Below, piece by piece: positions 31,453 through 43,407 of a stretch of DNA of 64,000 nt. The translations under genes and the position numbers were made by a program. The stretch is from Rebecca billardiae RCC1528 (Eukaryota > Protista > Haptophyta). Every line of letters begins with the position of its first letter. The stretch's first letter is position 1. Below the pieces are notes generated by a model that saw only the letters and a list, made by a program, of their open reading frames with translations, was not told the DNA's origin and searched no databases. The stretch is from contig OZ251233.1 in assembly GCA_965240325.2 (NCBI GenBank), positions 806,001 through 870,000 on the forward strand, read 5' to 3'.

Positions 31453-31968
31453 GCACAAGTTCATTACTTGTAACTATATCCTAATAAAGTTCGAAGTCAT
31501 TGCCATTGGCAGCGATGTATGTCATGATGTCATATCGTCCACTCAAATGCGCTCTTCACACCTAAATCCACCTACAAAAAAACCCAAAATCCTGCGCGCA
31601 ACCTCTTTTTGATTTTGCGGAGCACGTGCGCCGCCCCCGGCCGGCTTTCGCTGACGCTCAGTCAGACCTTTCGGGGGGGCCGTGCGCCATTATCGGACAG
31701 TGTCATCATTATTTTTAATTTCTGAATATGACCGCGTTCCGCGGGCGGTCCTTTTCCGTAGAACGAACGCGTAGTTCGGGGCCCGCGGTGGCCGGTGCAC
31801 CCTCCGTCGCGCAGTCGTCTAGACTGTCATTGACAGACCAGTTATTGGCAGTTGCATGCCCGTACAACTAGACTCCAGCGGCGCGCCGCCGCCTCGGCCG
31901 CGCCGGGCGGGCCCAGTCGCAGCCGCCGCCGGCGCGGCGCCGATATTGTGCCTACAGGCGGATGCGAC

Positions 31969-32300
31969 GAGGCGTGATTGATCGGCGCATGAGCGCGACT
32001 CCACGTGCACGCCAGGCCACGCGGAGCTGACAGCCAGGGAGCACGGTGCGGGGCCGCGGATTCGTTCGGGCCGCTGCGCCTGCTGCTGACCGCGCTGTCC
32101 GGTCACCGCGCGCCGGCAGCGCCACGGGATAGATGATTTGCACTGGTCCGAGTAGGGTTCGACCAGCGCCTGCGCGACGGCCGACAGGCGGGCGCGAGGC
32201 GTGATCGACGCATGAGCGCAACTCTACGTGCACGCCAGGCCACGCGGAGCTGACAGCCAGGGAGCACGGTGCCGCGGTGCGAGGCGAGGCCGCGGATTCG
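31969..32300 (+). repeat. ~100-bp dispersed direct repeat (two copies)
   Basis: Copies at 31969-32064 and 32196-32300. The 47-bp identical core is at 32003-32049 and 32226-32272. Confidence 0.85.
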
Positions 32301-33180
32301 CGCTCCGAGCACCCACAGCACCGGTGCCTTCGCGCGCGCCGCGCGTGGACCGGGTGACACACCTCGGTCAGGCTCGGCACGCGTCGTCTTCGCAGAGGCA
32401 CGGCCAGCTCTGGGAGCGTCGCGCACCACCGTCGCCCGCGCTGCTCGTCCTCCTATCACTATGTCCGTCCGTCCAGAGCTAGACAGACTTGCCGGCGCGG
32501 GCTGATGACCCAGCCATTTCAACTTTCATGCAAGCATATGCCGCTCTGCGCATCGATGGGACACGCGTGCGGAGGCGCGTGGCGGCGCACTCGAGGTGAG
32601 TGAGCAGGGCGCGAGGGGAAGACTGACGTCCGCGGGACCCCGCCACAACTGCCCGCTGCCCAGGCGCGGTGTGTCACGGCAGCGTACAGACAGTACCGTC
32701 GCCTGCTCGGTTAGTCCGTCTTCCGTGGGAGACCCCGGGAAGGCATGACGAGGGTCGCTCGAGGGGGGCGCGTTGCCTTGCCGTTTTCATCGGTTGGCGG
32801 TTGGCGGCAATCTCATACTTAAAATCGCGCTCGTCTAACGAACCGTTACGTTAAAGTTACGGCCGCTCACGTCCCGTCCATCGAATTCGATTGAATAGGG
32901 GACGGAGGGGACGGAATCTCGTGGGCGCGGTTTTTTCTCCGTAATGCGTGTCTAGAGACGAGGGTCTCAAAAATCGAAACTCGGTCTCCGCCAGCCCTAA
33001 AAATCGCCCCGTTATTTTTTCGCCCCCCGTCCCTTTTTTCTTGATGATCGTCAAAGATCTTTTTGAAACGTGGTTAGGGCCCACGACGGAGCGGGCTTCA
33101 CGCTCACGCTGCGCGTTCCGCCCTGCACCGCGGGCCAATGGGCCATCATTTAATTACAGTATATTTATATTATAATATAT

Positions 33181-33371
33181 GTGGGGTTATTGGCCGCGTC
33201 TCGTCGACGGCGAGCGGCATGCCCACCGCATCTGCTGCCGCTCGCCAAGGCATGAGGACACGTAAATCCCACTGAGTAGGAACACACGCAGCCGCCTCGG
33301 CATCGACATGCCAGGCGGCGTGCCCACCTTCGGCCAGCAGTTGGCGTCGGCGTTCACGAGGACGGCTAGAC
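33181..33371. mobile_element. 191-bp member of an unclassified GT...AC element family in a TA repeat
   Basis: tatat | GTGGGGTTATTGG ... GGACGGCTAGAC | atatat. The termini match the elements at 35326-36985. Confidence 0.6.
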
Positions 33372-33385
33372 ATATATATATATAT

Positions 33386-35322
33386 TAGCCTGGTCCATCT
33401 CGATTTTCGCCAGTGAAAAAGCCTTTTTCGGATTTTGGGCGCCTCATTTCTCCCGATTTTTCTCGTCGCTCGTCGCGCTCGTCAAAAATCGCCACCGGCC
33501 GTCCGACGGCTCGCCGCGACGAAGGTCGAAGGGGCTCGAGAGCCTCGACTGGACGACTGCGCCGCCTCATGTCAGGTGTAGTGCTGGACACATCGTTCGG
33601 GTGCCCCGGTGGTGTGCGTGCACACCTTGAGCGACATGTCTGCGTTGCTTCCGCCGCCCGCGGTCCGTCGCCAGGTCGACTTCTCGCCCGACGGCGCGCG
33701 TCGAACGCTCAGCTGCTGGGTTGCGCCGCGCCTTCGAGCCGGGCCAGTTTGGGCCAGATGCGGGCCACGCGACCGCTCGTGTCGGCCTAAGCCTACCCCT
33801 AGCGTGCACTCGATGCCTTCACCAACGTTGGGCGCGCTGCGCATCGCCAACGCTTCATCCGGCCAGTCCCGTCACGTTTGCGCATGGGTCGCCCAGGGCG
33901 GCGGCAGTCGATTTGTGCTTCTCGTGGAGCTGTATGACGGGCTGGGGGCGAACAGGATGGCTCGCCTTGCGGGGCTGGGTATATACAGTTACATTGTAGT
34001 GGCTGCCGGCTGACTCCAATCCCCTGGGTGCTGCTTTACCGTCATGGCCTTTGCTGCGAGCACAAGGTCGAGGATCGTACCGCGGTCTGCGAGGCAGAGT
34101 CGACGGAGTCGTCGCTTGGAGATGGTTGAGAGCGCTCATACGTCTTCCTTGGTGTCGTGCGGCTACTTCAGCACGCAAGGCTCGCGCTCTGGCACGTGTT
34201 TGGTGTCCATGGGTGGCACATTGTGCCATTCGGGTGGCTCGGAAGCACGTGCTCGGGTGTCTTTCCCGTTTACGCGCGGTGGGCCAAGTCACCACGCACG
34301 GCCAGAGCATGTCATGGCACGCAGAGGGTGCCCATGAACGATCCCCACCCCGGTGGTGGCCGTAGGCGCACTCGAAGCGGTCGCATCGTCACCCGCGGAT
34401 CACATCAGTCCGCCGTTGAGGCTGTCGGGCGAGCAAAGACGTGCGATCTGACCCTTGGACGGGCAGCTAGAATCGCGATTATGCCTCATCTAAGGACGCA
34501 CATGTCGTCGTTGTAGGCAGTACTGATGCCCCAAGTGAAAGGGCGGGCGTGGCACGCGATTTGACAGCTTGAATGACTCGATGCACGCCGCCATGGACAC
34601 GCGAACCGGATCCGTTGCGAACCTGCCGTGTGGCTCACGGCGGCGCGCGTTGTGCCGCATATCGGCCAGTCGCCACGCAGGAGATGGTCTCCAGACCAGG
34701 TCCAGCACCTGACCGACAGCCGCACGCCTGGCCGGGTGGGAGTCCGGCCCTCTTCTTGTCTGCAGGAGTGCGCGGAAGGCCAGGCGGAGCCTCGTCCGAC
34801 CACTGCACCCCGAGCGCCGCACTAATCGTGCAGCCTGGGACAGCTACCCACCTATGGCGAATATGTAACGGCATAGTGTTATTTTAATTATACAGATCAA
34901 AAACGCATATTTATGCGGGTACATTGCCCATAATATGCGGGTATAAATGGGTAATATAGTCGATCTTGCAGTAGTTGAGTACGGCCACTTGCGCACAGAC
35001 CACAGCCCATCCTAATGGCCTGTACCAAGGTTCATGCTCGCCTCGACGTACGCCAATAAGTAAGTTCGTGCGTTTGGGCTCATTTCGGGTAAGTACTTAC
35101 CCACATTCAGACTGACGATTCTCTATGTGTCCGTAGTTGTCCGCAGCGCGCGCGCGCACGCTCACAACGGGCCGCGGATGCGATTTTTAGGCCGAAACTT
35201 TTGCTCCGCCCGGGCTGGGCCCATTTGTTACGCTGTTTCCGGGTGTGAGCGCGTGCCTAGGGGCCCGCATTCATTTGGCGATAAAATCCCCGAAAGTGCT
35301 CCAGTGCGTTTGGACCAGGCTA
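33386..35322. mobile_element. Non-autonomous DNA transposon, Academ-like (TAG termini, 3-bp TSD)
   Basis: 12-bp TIR TAGCCTGGTCCA (33386-33397) / TGGACCAGGCTA (35311-35322), flanked by TAT on both sides. No transposase recognised inside. Confidence 0.72.
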
Positions 35323-35325
35323 TAT

Positions 35326-36198
35326 GTGGCGTTATAGGGAACCTATAACTGAGTGTCTATGAGCGACGCCAAGAATCCGGCTCGCACGGCATTCCTGCGT
35401 TGTCCTGTGCGCACCGCCGCGCGCAGGAGTCCTGGTGCGCTGCCAATCTGGCCCACAGCGGCGCACCCGCAGGACTCGGTTGGTTACCGCTCACATCGGA
35501 TCGATCAGGCTTCGCTCTCGGGGGCGCCATGGGGCTGCTCACGACGAAGGCGCCGAGCTGGGCAAGGGAATCGCCTGCATCGAGCACTGCCGGGTGCACT
35601 CTCCGCTGCAGGAGGTGCACCGCAGTCGCGCAGCCCCTCTGCTCGGTAAGGTCGCTGGCTGTCTGTGTGGCCCGGCTCCCCGCCTGATCGTTCGGCGGCG
35701 CGACGACATCATCTACTGTCTTCGCCGCGTCGCCCCTCATGCAATATGGTCTCCTGCTCTCGCCGCTGTCGCGTCAACCCGCACGCTTCATCGTTTGAGA
35801 TACGCGCTCGCCTCGCGCCCGTGCGTCGCGCGGGTGCGGCGCACTCTGACGCGTGTCTGCTCGCCGCGCGTCGCGATCGATCGTGCGCGCGCGGCCGCGC
35901 AGTCCTCGTCTCTTCTATTTCTAAACGGGATTCATCAACGACTACTTGGACGCCCGCTCCAACTTATAAACGGGACTCGCGGGCGCCCTCTCGACCTCGG
36001 GCAGCAGCTCAACCGCCACGCCGCTGCCAGCGCCCGCTGTCGTTCGTTGCTCAAATCCCAACATAGCTAACCTGATCGTTCCATGATTGATCATTGTGGT
36101 CTGTCTACTCCACGACGCCGCGCGCCGCGACCATCCAGCTCCAGAGTCCATTCGTACCCGACGCCTTGTACGAGCCGGGCATGGCGGAGTGGCTAGAC
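35326..36198. mobile_element. GT...AC element, tandem unit 1 (873 bp)
   Basis: GTGGCGTTATAGGGAACCTATAAC ... GGAGTGGCTAGAC, joined directly to unit 2. Confidence 0.75.
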
Positions 36199-36985
36199 GT
36201 GGCGTTATAGGGAACCTATAACTGAGTGTCTATGAGCGACGCCAAGAATCCGGCTCGCACGGCATTCCTGCGTTGTCCTGTGCGCACCGCCGCGCGCAGG
36301 AGTCCTGGTGCGCTGCCAATCTGGCCCACAGCGGCGCACCCGCAGGACTCGGTTGGTTACCGCTCACATCGGATCGATCAGGCTTCGCTCTCGGGGGCGC
36401 CATGGGGCTGCTCACGACGAAGGCGCCGAGCTGGGCAAGGGAATCGCCTGCATCGAGCACTGCCGGGTGCACTCTCCGCTGCAGGAGGTGCACCGCAGTC
36501 GCGCAGCCCCTCTGCTCGGTAAGGTCGCTGGCTGTCTGTGTGGCCCGGCTCCCCGCCTGATCGTTCGGCGGCGCGACGACATCATCTACTGTCTTCGCCG
36601 CGTCGCCCCTCATGCAATATGGTCTCCTGCTCTCGCCGCTGTCGCGTCAACCCGCACGCTTCATCGTTTGCCCGCCCGCCCACCCTCGGCCTTGGCGGAT
36701 ATGGAAGCACTGCAGTGTCAGCGAGCCATCAGCCTTAATCGACCTTGCTCAGTGACTGACGACTCGCGGGCGCCCTCTCGACCTCGGGCAGCAGCTCAAC
36801 CGCCACGCCGCTGCCAGCGCCCGCTGTCGTTCGTTGCTCAAATCCCAACATAGCTAACCTGATCGTTCCATGATTGATCATTGTGGTCTGTCTACTCCAC
36901 GACGCCGCGCGCCGCGACCATCCAGCTCCAGAGTCCATTCGTACCCGACGCCTTGTACGAGCCGGGCATGGCGGAGTGGCTAGAC
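36199..36985. mobile_element. GT...AC element, tandem unit 2 (787 bp)
   Basis: Appears identical to unit 1 except for the internal segment 36671-36760. Followed by ATATAT. Confidence 0.75.
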
Positions 36986-37085
36986 ATATATATTATTATA
37001 TATTACGTAAACCGTATTCAGGTACTAGCCCGAGTCAGCCCATCAGCAGCGACGGCAATCGACATCGGTTGTCCTCAGCCGTCAT

Positions 37086-39999
37086 TCAACGCGTGAGGAT
37101 TTCGTCGAAGTCCCACTCGCCCCCGAGGGACGCCACCTGGTCCTGGGGCTGCGGGCGCGGCGCCGGCCGCGCGCGAGCATGGCCATGCGCCGGCGTCGGC
37201 CCCGTCGATGCGCCATGCTCAGCACCGTCCGCCCCGGCGGGCGCTTCGCTGCCCCGGCCGCCGAGGTGCAGAGCACGGTCGGCGAGCGGCGAGGGCCGCC
37301 CGGCCGCCGCGGCCGATTCCGGGGGCGACCTGCTCGCGCGGCGCGTGCCCCGGACCTCGTCTGTGAAGTCGCCCACCTGAGGCCGGCGCACGCGCGCACG
37401 GACGCGGCCGGGCGAGAGGGCGGGGCAGCGCGCGGCCGTGCGCACGGCCGGTCAGCAGAGGCGCCGTGCCGTGCGCGGGCGGCAGTGCGCGCGCGCCGCG
37501 GGCGGGATGTGTCCTGTCTGTCCGCCTGCCTCCGCGCCACGGGCGCGGCCGCGGGCGAGGGCGCGGCGGCCGGGGCATGGCGCGGCCGCCTCACCCAGTG
37601 AGCACTCTCATGCGCGCGGCGCGCGCGCTCCGCGTCCTCGAGCGCCGCCGGCGTGCGGCCGTATGCCTCGGCAGGATCGGCCGCGGGGGCGAGCGTGCCC
37701 GTGGCACAACTGCTGGCTGCGCTGCGGCCGCCACCGGCGCGCGCGCTGGCCGAGGGCTGAGTGACGGGCGTGAATGAGGCCGCCCCGGCACTCCCGTCGC
37801 CACCGCCGCCACCGCCGCCATCCGCGGCCACACTGCATCCATGGCCCGCGTCCGGATGCGGCCAGGTGAGCGCCTCGGCCGTCGAGTGCGCGGGCTCGAC
37901 GACGCGCGGCGGGCTCGGGCTGTGCCGCTGCGGCGGCGGCGCCATGGCGTGCGTGTCATACAGGGCGGCGAGTGGCCTGCGCACAGAGCGTGCCGCGGCG
38001 TCGCGCGGTGTCGGGGGCGGCGCGGATGGATGGCAGGAGGCGGAGGCGGAGCCGAGGGGCGGCGCGCGCGTGCGTGAGCGACGCGCGCGCGCGGGAGCCC
38101 GCACGTGCGCATGCCGCGCGGCGCGCCTGCGGCGTACCCTTGCAGCAGGTCGTCCGCAATCTCGACCGGCGTCGGCTCCGGCGGCGGTGCGCCGTGCTCG
38201 CTCGTGCTCGAGCGCGGCGGCGGCCGCTGCGGCACGCTCGCGTCCACGCCCACCACCGAGTGCGTGACCTGCTGGTTGAAGTGCGCGTGCCGTCGGCGCT
38301 CGGGCAGCGGGCGCGAGTGCGGCGAGTGCACGCCGAACGAGCCGTCCGCGCCCGCGCCGTTCCGCGCCTGCAGCTCCGCCACGCGGTGCCGCGCCTCGCG
38401 CCGCCGCCGCTCCTCGGCGGCGGCTGCCGAGTCCACGTGCTGAATGTGGCTGGGGCGCGCGCCGCGCCCGATCACACCGCTCGAGAGGCGCGCGTGCGTG
38501 CGCGGCGAGGCCCACGCCGTGCCCCGCGCCGCGGCCGCCGCCCGGCCTGGCCGCCCGCCGTTCGGCGTGGGCTGCGCGCCCGCCGACTGCGGCCGCGGCG
38601 ACGGCAGCGGCCGCCCGAGCTCGCGCGCCGCCGCCACCTGCGCAGTCTCCCAAATCCGACGCGCCGACGCGGCGGTGAGGCGCTCCTGCACTGGCACGGC
38701 CGGCTCGGCACGCGGCGGCTGGCGCTGCGGCTTGCGCGGGAAGTACTGCCCGCGCGCCTCGCGCCCGTCGACGGGGAGCCGCGCGTCGCGCGCGCGCGCG
38801 GGCGGCGTGCGCGCCCGCCCGCCCGCGCCGCCCGCGCCACTGCCCACGCCCGCCTCCGCCGCGCGCGGCCGATCTGCCACTCGCGATGTGCCGCGCGCCG
38901 TGCGCGCGCCAGAGCCGCGCGCCGTGCGCTCGCGCGAGACGACGGCGGCAGCCGTCGCTCCGCCCTCCTGCGCGCCGTCCGCGCTACCATCAAGCTCGTC
39001 CGCCTCCGCAGCGGAGCGCGCGGCGCGCCCGGCCGAGCGCGGCGCTTGCGCCGCGCGGCCTGGCGCGCCGCCGCGCGGCGCGCGCGATCCGCGCGCAGCC
39101 GGCTCGCGATCGTGCGCGCCCGCGGCGCTCGCCTCGTCCGGGTCGTACTGACAGCCGCGGCTGGTCATCTCCTGCTGCCACGCGTGCGCCGCGCCGCCGC
39201 CGCCATCGTGCGCCTCCGCGCCGCCAAACCCGCCAGCGCCGAGGTCCATTTCCATTTCCCGATAAAACAAATCGGCAGAGGTCGCCGCATGCCGCTGCGG
39301 CGCGCCGACGCCGCGCGGCGGCGTGGCTGCCGGGCCGCGCGCGTGCGGACGAGCGGGCGCCTCTTCGTACTGGGCGTACGCAGCTGCCCCGCCCACACCA
39401 CCACCGCCGCCGTACCCCTCCGCCGGCGGGTGGAACAAGCAGCCAGCGCGCGGCGAGCGCGCGTGCGCGCCGCCAGACGGCTGCTGCCTGCGCTCTGGTG
39501 GCTCATCGACGTACTCGAGCGCGCGCGCGGCGCTGGCGCGCTCGGGCGAGGCGGTCGCGCGGGTGCGCCGGCCGGCGGGCTCGGGTGCGAAGCGTAGCGC
39601 CGCCTTCTCGCGGCTCACGGCGTCGGCCGACGCCCGCCCGCCCGCAAAGTCGCGAGGCGCGTCGAGCACGCCGCCCGGCTGGTACCACCACACGGGCTGA
39701 TGGTCCGGGCGCTCCTGCCACGGGCGGAAGTAGTCGTCGTTGGTCGGCTCGGAGACGCCTGCCACCGGTGTGGGCGACTGGCCCCCGCTCACGGGCCAGC
39801 CCTCGTCGTTGACCAGGAAGCCCTCGCGCCAGCGCGACGACGGCCGCGCGCGGATGTGGGGCGGCCGGGGCTGCGCCGGCTGCCCCATCGGCGCCGGACC
39901 GGGGGCGCCGGCGCGCCGGGGCGACATGCGCGCCTCTTCCGTCTTTGGCGGGAGCTTGATGTGCACCGCGCGCTGTGCGCGCTCCTGCGCGGTCAGCAT
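37086..39999 (-). CDS. Hypothetical low-complexity protein (exons 39999-38138, 37976-37595, 37376-37086)
   Basis: Three ORF pieces are linked by phase-compatible GT-AG introns (DDLLQG|PLAALYD; SAHW|VGDFTDE). Ends WDFDEILTR*. Confidence 0.7.
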
Positions 40000-40246
40000 G
40001 CCCAAAGTCGCCAAGCGCGAGGAGCTCGCCACGCCGACGACGCCGCAGGGTGCCTGGCAATGCCGACTGGCCGACTCCACTGCTGTTGCTCGCAGTTGAA
40101 AAGTCCGGCCCGGTCCGGAAAGCCTTGTGACTTTGTCAACGGACTCGGTTGTCGAGATTGCTCAGCAGCGCAGGGTGACCACCTAACCGCTCCACCGGGC
40201 CCCCGCACAGGGCGTGAGCGACTGAGCGTTCTACTCGGAGCGCGCG

Positions 40247-40651
40247 ATGGTGAGCGAGGGCGAAGTGGACGTGGAGGCGCTGCGCGCCAAGTACTCGCAG
40301 CCCGGCTATCGCGAGCAGCTCGTCAAGGAGGGGGTGCGCACCAGCGGCGGCGCGCCGAATGCCCAGCACACGCCGGCAGAGGACAAGCTGTCCAAGATCC
40401 GGATCTGCCAGCGATGCCAGGCCATGGGCTACGTGAAGCGCGAGTACAACTACCGCGTGATGCAGGAGCAGTGTCCCGACTGCGGTGGCGAGGGCTTGCT
40501 CGGGACGAAGCAGCCCTCGCAGGAGGTGACAGATGACGCGGCGCGCCGACGGCGTATCACTGCGCTCGAGGCTGCGATCGCAACAGCTGAGAGCGTCGAG
40601 GAGCTCGACGAACTCGAGGCCGAGCTCAAGACGCTCGAGCCGACGCGATGA
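40247..40651 (+). CDS. Small DnaJ-type zinc-finger (CxxCxxxG) protein with a C-terminal coiled coil
   Basis: ICQRCQAMG...QCPDCGGEG; the tail RITALEAAIATAESVEELDELEAELKTL. Confidence 0.82.
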   Translation: MVSEGEVDVEALRAKYSQPGYREQLVKEGVRTSGGAPNAQHTPAEDKLSKIRICQRCQAMGYVKREYNYRVMQEQCPDCGGEGLLGTKQPSQEVTDDAARRRRITALEAAIATAESVEELDELEAELKTLEPTR

Positions 40652-40887
40652 GCTAATCCCGTGCCGTCACGCTCGCCTGAGCTGCGGAGGTCGCTCCGAG
40701 GCCGAGCTTGTCTATGACAGCACCCATGGCACAAGCCGCGGCTGCGAGTCGCCGCCCTGACTCTGACAGTGACAATCATGCGAGTCAGGCAGTCACCCGA
40801 CAGCCGTCCCAGCGGTGCCAGCTGCCAGGCCGCTGCGACGCCGCGTGACCGCGGAAGCGGTACTTTATTGCCGCATCATCATGCAGC

Positions 40888-40908
40888 ATATATATATATA
40901 TATATATA
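40888..40908. repeat. (AT)n microsatellite
   Basis: About 10 AT units. Confidence 0.9.
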
Positions 40909-41357
40909 GCGATGCAGCCCTCCGCGCGGCGGGGCGGCGCCAGTCACTAGTCAGTAGCTGTCAAGTTACTCGGAAGTACAGGCCTAGGTACCGCTGCCGC
41001 TTAGCTGCGCCTGCTGCCCGGCGGCGCTGCCGCGATTCACTCACTTATCACTACTCAGAGTGACTGGCCAAGCCCAATGGGCCATTCAGATTGGCGGCTG
41101 TCGGACTCGCGCGGAGTCGGCGCTGCGCCGCCGGCCCGCCGGGGCGGGCCCGGCCGGGCGGGCCCGGCGGCGGCGGTCATTAATATTATGATTATATTCA
41201 CTCATTAGCTTATGCCTATAATTATAGCGACAGCGGCGCCGCCGACTACTATGGTAAGTGGTAACGCCAGTGTCCCGGCACAGCTCTCCATCTGCACCGA
41301 CTTAGTCTTAGACTACCAGGGACTGGCCACTCTGGGACCGCGTTGCATGGTCTCCAG

Positions 41358-43076
41358 TAGGGGGGCCAAACCGCTCATTTAAAAAAGAAAATCAAAGCCG
41401 CGGCGCATTTTCGCTCCTCCCTCGGCCTTTTAGGGTGGCGCGGAGCCTTTTTCTCGGACCCCGCTCGAAAATCGAGCTCCGACGCGTTCGGGCGCTCAGA
41501 GCTCGGTTCCGCTCCAGCACGAGCGGCCGGAGGCAGTGGACCGCCGCGCGCTCGCGTCCCATGATACGCCGAGATGGTCTCGGGAGCGCGCGCGCGTGAC
41601 GCTGGTGGGCGCTTCTGACCCTTGTCTTTGCGCCACCAGCGGCTCACCACCCGGTTCTTGGCCACCTCGCGCCGTGCGCGGCGCGCGTCGGCCGGCTTGA
41701 ATTGCTGCGCTGCGTACGCCCGTCACGCTACCCCTCCTTGTGGCTCAAGATCAACTCGCCCCGGCGAGATCGATGCTCGCCCCAGGTGTTCATGTGTATC
41801 CGTGGATGCCCAGCTCGCCTAACCTGCCCTGCTGCGCCGGAATCGCCGTCAGCAGACCGGCGCGAGCTCGCGCGCAACACCTCCGCGGAGCCCGCAACTG
41901 TCATGTTCCGCTCGTAGGGCCCGTGTTTGCACCTGCCGTGGCACTTGCGATGGTCAGCACGTTGGGTATGGGTCACGCGTGCCCCCAGATGGCGTCGGGG
42001 CGCCTCCCATTCGCCTCTCAGGACGTCGCGGACGTGCTCGCAGGCACCGGTTGGCTCATTCGACAGGTCCGACGTGCACTCGACCGTGCCTACAAGCGCG
42101 CCCCTGTGACGCGCATGCCTGCAGAAGCAGACGCAGATGGGCCTCAATGCACCGTGGTGCGCCCAAGACCGGCGGGAGCGTCAGAGACCGTCTCAATCTT
42201 GACACCTTGCACACGCCGGCGCTTGCCATTGGGCTCCGCGCAGCCAGTCAGGAGCGCCGAACAGCGCCGGATCAGCCTCTGTAGGCCGAATATCCGCCCC
42301 AACGCCCAGAAATAGCGCGGGACAGGGTAGGGCGTACATATATGGACCGATCCTATGCAGCCTGGTTTGGTGCAGAGACGCCAGCCACCACCTGGAGCAG
42401 GCGTTTGCTGCCGAATCGCATGCTCGGCACTGTGCCGCACTGCGACGACGACAGATTTGACCTGCCTCGTAGGTCTCGGCCATGGAGCGGTGACGGTTGG
42501 CTCGAGTGACGTTAAACCTTGATTATGACCGAGAGTACTCCCGGGCTGAGGACATGGGGCCGGTGCTTTGGGTCTACTATGTCTGCAATACGCCGTACGC
42601 ATGGCCGTATACGTACAGTCTGAAAACGTATCTCGCGGCTCGAGATCAGACGAGACTGTATTCATCAGCATGGCGTCTATATACACGGTGGGTATGTAAC
42701 GACCAGTGGCTTCCGGGAAACTACGTGTTTGACAGCCTGCCAGTACACAGCCTATATCGCATGTTGGGACCTGCTGCTGCTGGGGACCCAGAACGATCTC
42801 GCCGAGATGCTCTATCAAAGTGAAGTCGACATGGTCTATATGTCACAAATAAGACAGCCGTTACATGCCGTTTCCAATAAGTTCAGGCTCATTCTAATAA
42901 CTAAATATGCTAGCCGTTACGCCCTATATTCAGGGTATGTGAACCTGATTTTTTTACTTGGCTGGCCCAGACCCCTCCAGAGGGCATATGATCCAGCCCC
43001 AATTCAGCGCTAAACACTCGCTAGGACCAGCGCTCGTAGCCGTCAGTCACGTCACAGTGCCACTTTGGCCCCCCTA
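41358..43076. mobile_element. Non-autonomous hAT-like DNA transposon (13-bp TIR, 7-bp TSD)
   Basis: TCTCCAG | TAGGGGGGCCAAA ... TTTGGCCCCCCTA | TCTCCAG. Confidence 0.8.
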
Positions 43077-43407
43077 TCTCCAGACTCCAGACTCCAGAGA
43101 CGTCTCGCCGGGAGCCTCCCACTCCCTGAGGCTGAGCTGTGAGCTAGTGATTAACAGAGTGAGAGCCGCACTGTGCTGTCCGCCGATGCGGCACAATACT
43201 GTAGTACAGCGGTTGCAGTTGGCGGCGCCGCGGCAGTTTCCGGTCTGGCAGCCTCGCGGCTGGCACAGCCGACTCGTCAGACGATTGAGTCGTGGCCCGC
43301 ATGCCAGGATCAGGGACTCGCGGATGAATACGATGATGATCACAGCCGGCGAACCGGCGGCGGAGGACCGGGCCTCAGACGATTCCCCGACACGCACGCC
43401 GCGGCGC

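Noticed and set aside
31780-33136. 11-bp inverted repeat GGCCCGCGGTG / CACCGCGGGCC as a TIR pair
   Set aside because: Almost pure GC, no TSD, and expected by chance in this genome.
35326-36985. Tandem units as LTRs or as a CRISPR-like array
   Set aside because: The junction lacks TG...CA ends, there is no PBS/PPT or internal retro domain, and there are only two long units with no short regular repeats.
33135-41085. 12-bp CCAATGGGCCAT shared at 33135 and 41074
   Set aside because: Too short, with no extension of similarity.
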